64,000 bases of DNA from the human T2T-CHM13v2.0 reference genome, Homo sapiens. This document shows, one piece after another, positions 60,321 to 64,000 of the stretch. Location of the stretch: the NCBI RefSeq assembly GCF_009914755.1, contig NC_060930.1, one strand, 5' to 3'. Below the pieces are notes generated by a model that was not told the DNA's origin, made no database searches, and worked only from the letters and a program-made list of their open reading frames with translations. Made by a program: the position numbers and the translations under genes. The stretch's first letter is position 1. Each line of letters begins with the position of its first letter.

Positions 60321-63300
60321 TAAATAGAAATGAAGGGAGCTATGTGGTGCCTAGGGAAGGGCCAGATCACTGAGTTCGTTCCACTTAGGAGAGCAGAAGC
60401 TGCCTGGTTTTCCACTAACTGCACATCTTGCCTCTCTAAAACAGGGGCACACACTCAGCATGAGTGAAAGCATCCTCCTATCTTCAACTTGACTAGCACT
60501 GATCTGATGCGTAGGTCAAAATCTATTCCAGCCACTTAACAACATCTCAACCTACATTCACACTGAAGGTGTGAGAGTATCTACCCAGATTCTAAGAAAT
60601 CATTGGTTGATAGACTTAGTTTATAGAGCTACTATGATTCTGCATCTCTTATGTATGTTTTGAATAGTTGAATAGGAAGTAGGAGGATGCTAACTCCAGC
60701 CACTATCTTAATCTGAAAGTACAAAATGTAAATAAAGGATCAATTTACTTCAGCTGTTAATAAAATGAAAAAATCAAGGGGGTAGAATATATCATGAATT
60801 ACAAAAATATAGCAATTTCTCACATGACTTATCAACTTCCTACTTATTTATTTAATATCTGAAATTGATTATTATAAAGCAGCATCCAAAGGGTAATAAT
60901 AGGCATTATTTCTTTGTTATGTTTTCCTCCAAATTGCTGAAAATATCAATACAAAAAATCTTTTTAACAAACCAAGGTAAGCAAAAGAAGAAAAGAAAAT
61001 TAAGACAAGTCAATATGAGGGGTTCACAGACAAACAAAAGAGGGAAAAAAAAGAAAACAAGCCTTGTAAAGAATATTTCTAGAAATGTTAGTTATGAATT
61101 TTCAGTAAGATAAAAGATTCTTCATGAACCAGTGCCCTAGAGGAAAAGGTTCTTTGCCTGTGCATCTGCATGTATATGTGTGTGTACAGATGCAAACACA
61201 GACACACGTGCACATAATAAAATGTTAATTTAACTTTATAGAGTATTTAAAACATTTGAAATATAACTTATCATTGGTAATGTTCAGAAAAGGCAGTACA
61301 TACCATAACTCACAGAAAAAGTCACTGCAATTATAGGCAATGATATTTGCAATTTAGCTGAACAAAACTAAATTATGACTTTAATTAAAAGGCATTTTCT
61401 AAGATGGCACCAACATGTTTAAAATTTAATACATTTTATATGAGATACTGGAGTTATTAACATAACATTCTCTTTCTGCAGCATGTGCACTTTTTAAAAA
61501 GCAAAACATCTTTAACCAATATCAAAATGCTCCCAGAATCCATAGAAGTTTCATTGCATAATAAATTCAAGGAGCAATATTTTTTTTGTTTTTCCAGTCA
61601 TTTAATATGTGTCTCTTCTTGGGACATACAATTGTCTTTACATCTGTAGTTAATGGTAATACAATTACTGACAAACACTAGTGGCCACAATGTTCGCATT
61701 AATTTTGAATGAAGAATGAATGAATGGCTCAAGGGACTGATGATGAAACTTAGAACATTTTGTGATTGGACTGAGTCACATTCGAATGACTCTGAAGATC
61801 TCAAAAGTTTGAACAGAATCATGGTAGCTGAAGGGTCTGTATAAAGTGAGTTTAGGACGAACTCTGTGCCTGGCAGAGACATAGAGGGTCATACTAACAA
61901 GTGATATGTCCTTCTGATTGTGTTTCCTCTACAAAAGTCTTATTACCTGGAAAAAACTGACCTGTCAAGGTGTGAAATTGTCTTTCTAAAATAAGTCTGA
62001 AACACAGCAGATAGGAGGATTATTTGTAATCCTACATGGCCCAGACTTCTAAGGTTTAAGGCAGTGACAATGTCCTTGATTATCTCTGCACGTTGTAGAC
62101 TACAATGTAAAGAGGTGTTTGTGTGGCTACTGATTTTACAAAACTCTACTGTAAACTATGAAGATAGAGAAGAAGCATGAAATAGAAGCAATAAAAACAT
62201 GTTCTTCTACTGAAGGAGTTTAAAATCTAGTTTGAGATGCATATTTTTACCTACAATGAAAAAGCCACTCAAATTTAAATAAGTCTTTTAATTTGTAAGT
62301 TCAACATGAAGGATACACACAAGGTCAACAAGAAAGGAGACACAACTTTCCTAAGGAAGCTGTTACTGTTCTCATTACTTTTTGAATTGCCTTTAGAATT
62401 AATTACAAGGCATGCAGAAATATTTACAAAGTTACAAATCCAGAGTATCATTCAAGTTAATCATCCATATTATTCAGAAAGTTGCTTTGGATAATTCTGC
62501 CTACTTCCAAGTATCAAAGCTGCCCTTAATGAACACATAATTACCCCAGCTAAGGGATATCAAATAATTATCACATAAAGTAGTATTCTTTCTAAAAAGG
62601 CAGTTCTACCATTTGTGCAATACTTTGTACAATCATAGTCAATTACTTTGAAGAGCAAAACATGTATTTCGTTCTGAAAATTCTAATATGCTTATTTTTC
62701 CATTAAACTATGCCACTAGAGAGGCCTATTATATTCTCAAGAAGTGACTTCACAGTGATCACAAACTACTATTATAAAAGTCCTGCATACTCCATGGGAA
62801 CTCCAAGTTCACTGTGAGGAAATTTTATCATAGAAAGTACTCTGCTCAAAATCAGCACAAACAAGTCTCCCTGACCAAAAAAAAAAAAGGAGAATGGCTA
62901 TTTGTATGTTCACTCATATGTGTCTCAAGCACCTCTGAGATTATTTCCCTTGGTTTCCTCCCATCTCTCCGTAAATCATCTCCTCCTTAATACCTCATTT
63001 AGCCAAAGCTACCACTATCCCCCAATCCCTCATGTCAGAGATCTGACATCCATCCTAGAATCTCATTCTCCCTTATTTTGCCCCATTTCTGATTAGTCAC
63101 CAGTTCCTGTCAGTTTTATCTTCTAGATATTTCTCACCTCTATTCTTTTCTCTTTGTTCCTCATAACTCTGTCCTGGTTCAAGCTCTCATTTATGGAGAA
63201 AGGAGACTGTGTAGAAAAGAATCCTGGGAACTCTTTCTGGATTGCAAAGCAAAGGGTTCACTAGGCCTGTCCCACTGTCACCCCATAGGGACTGCATCTG

Positions 63301-64000
63301 AACTCAGCTTCCCACAGGCCAAGTGATTTCCTCTTCTGAGCAAAAGAAGCTGCCATTTCCCACAGCACTTCAAGCTCATAGGTGCTGGGCTTTCCAAAGA
63401 ACCTTGCAAATAACTGATAACTAAACTCAGACTGCTTAGCACCAAAGCAGTCTTTATCCCCAGTCCTTGGGCGACTCCCATACTTGCTCATAAAAGAGAA
63501 GAGCAACAGAGGGGCCCTATGCTTCTGGGGATGCCCTCTGCTAGAGCAGAGACAGTGCAGCCAGCTGAGCTTGGGATCTGTTGCTTCTGTCTGCAGAATG
63601 CTGATGGACTCTGCTCATCTTGCACCTATAATTTCAAACAGCAACTAGTGATTCCACCGTGTGTGTTCCTCTCATATCCCCCCGGACTATTGCCTACAAA
63701 TCTCTCATCCATTCTCAACATCAAAGGTAACATCTAACAGACAGATTACACCAATTACTTTCTGCCTAAAACTTTGCTCTGTAGAACAAGGTCCAAATTC
63801 CTCAGTGTGATATACAAGGTCGTGAATAGTCTAGTTCCAACTTTCCTTTCCACACTTATTTTCTACCATCCCTCCTCGCCTTCATCCACTCCCCACATGC
63901 ACCCACACACCTGCACTATCCTCCACCCTTCCAATCATTCCACAAAACACCAGAAAAACTCACAACTCTGTGCATTTGTCTTTGCCAGAAATAATAATTT

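Overview
Human genomic DNA (consensus-like AluYa5, L1HS-type element) covering the 3' part of the FRK (Fyn-related kinase) gene on the minus strand. Six coding exons (exons 3-8, numbering from my recollection of the FRK structure) were mapped by eye. All have GT-AG boundaries and consistent phases (164, 169, 159, 182, 166, 212 nt) and encode the SH2 C-half, the full tyrosine kinase domain and the C-terminal tail. Position 34179 to the window end is intron 2. The rest is mostly retroelements: a decayed full-length L1PA7-like element just past the FRK poly(A) signal, two 5'-inverted L1s and an AluYa5 in intron 5, and a full-length ACG/A-class L1HS in intron 4 (ORF1 nonsense, ORF2 open, ORF0 intact), plus older Alu, L1, MLT, Tigger, MIR and L2 copies. 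Most interesting: (1) the intron-4 L1 is antisense to FRK, and its ORF0 splice donor 1 is in frame with FRK exon 5, predicting a 274-aa ORF0-FRK fusion lacking the ATP-binding lysine; (2) a ~98%-identical 316-bp inverted copy of nearby DNA is inserted inside an old LTR; (3) an L1 inserted at the FRK cleavage site, so its tail could act as the U-rich downstream element; (4) a young AluYa5 creates an inverted Alu pair around symmetric exon 5; (5) an L1 5' junction carries a double snap-back filler; (6) two neighbouring L1s share the same ORF2 C1143S change. All functional claims are predictions. Old-repeat names and boundaries are approximate.
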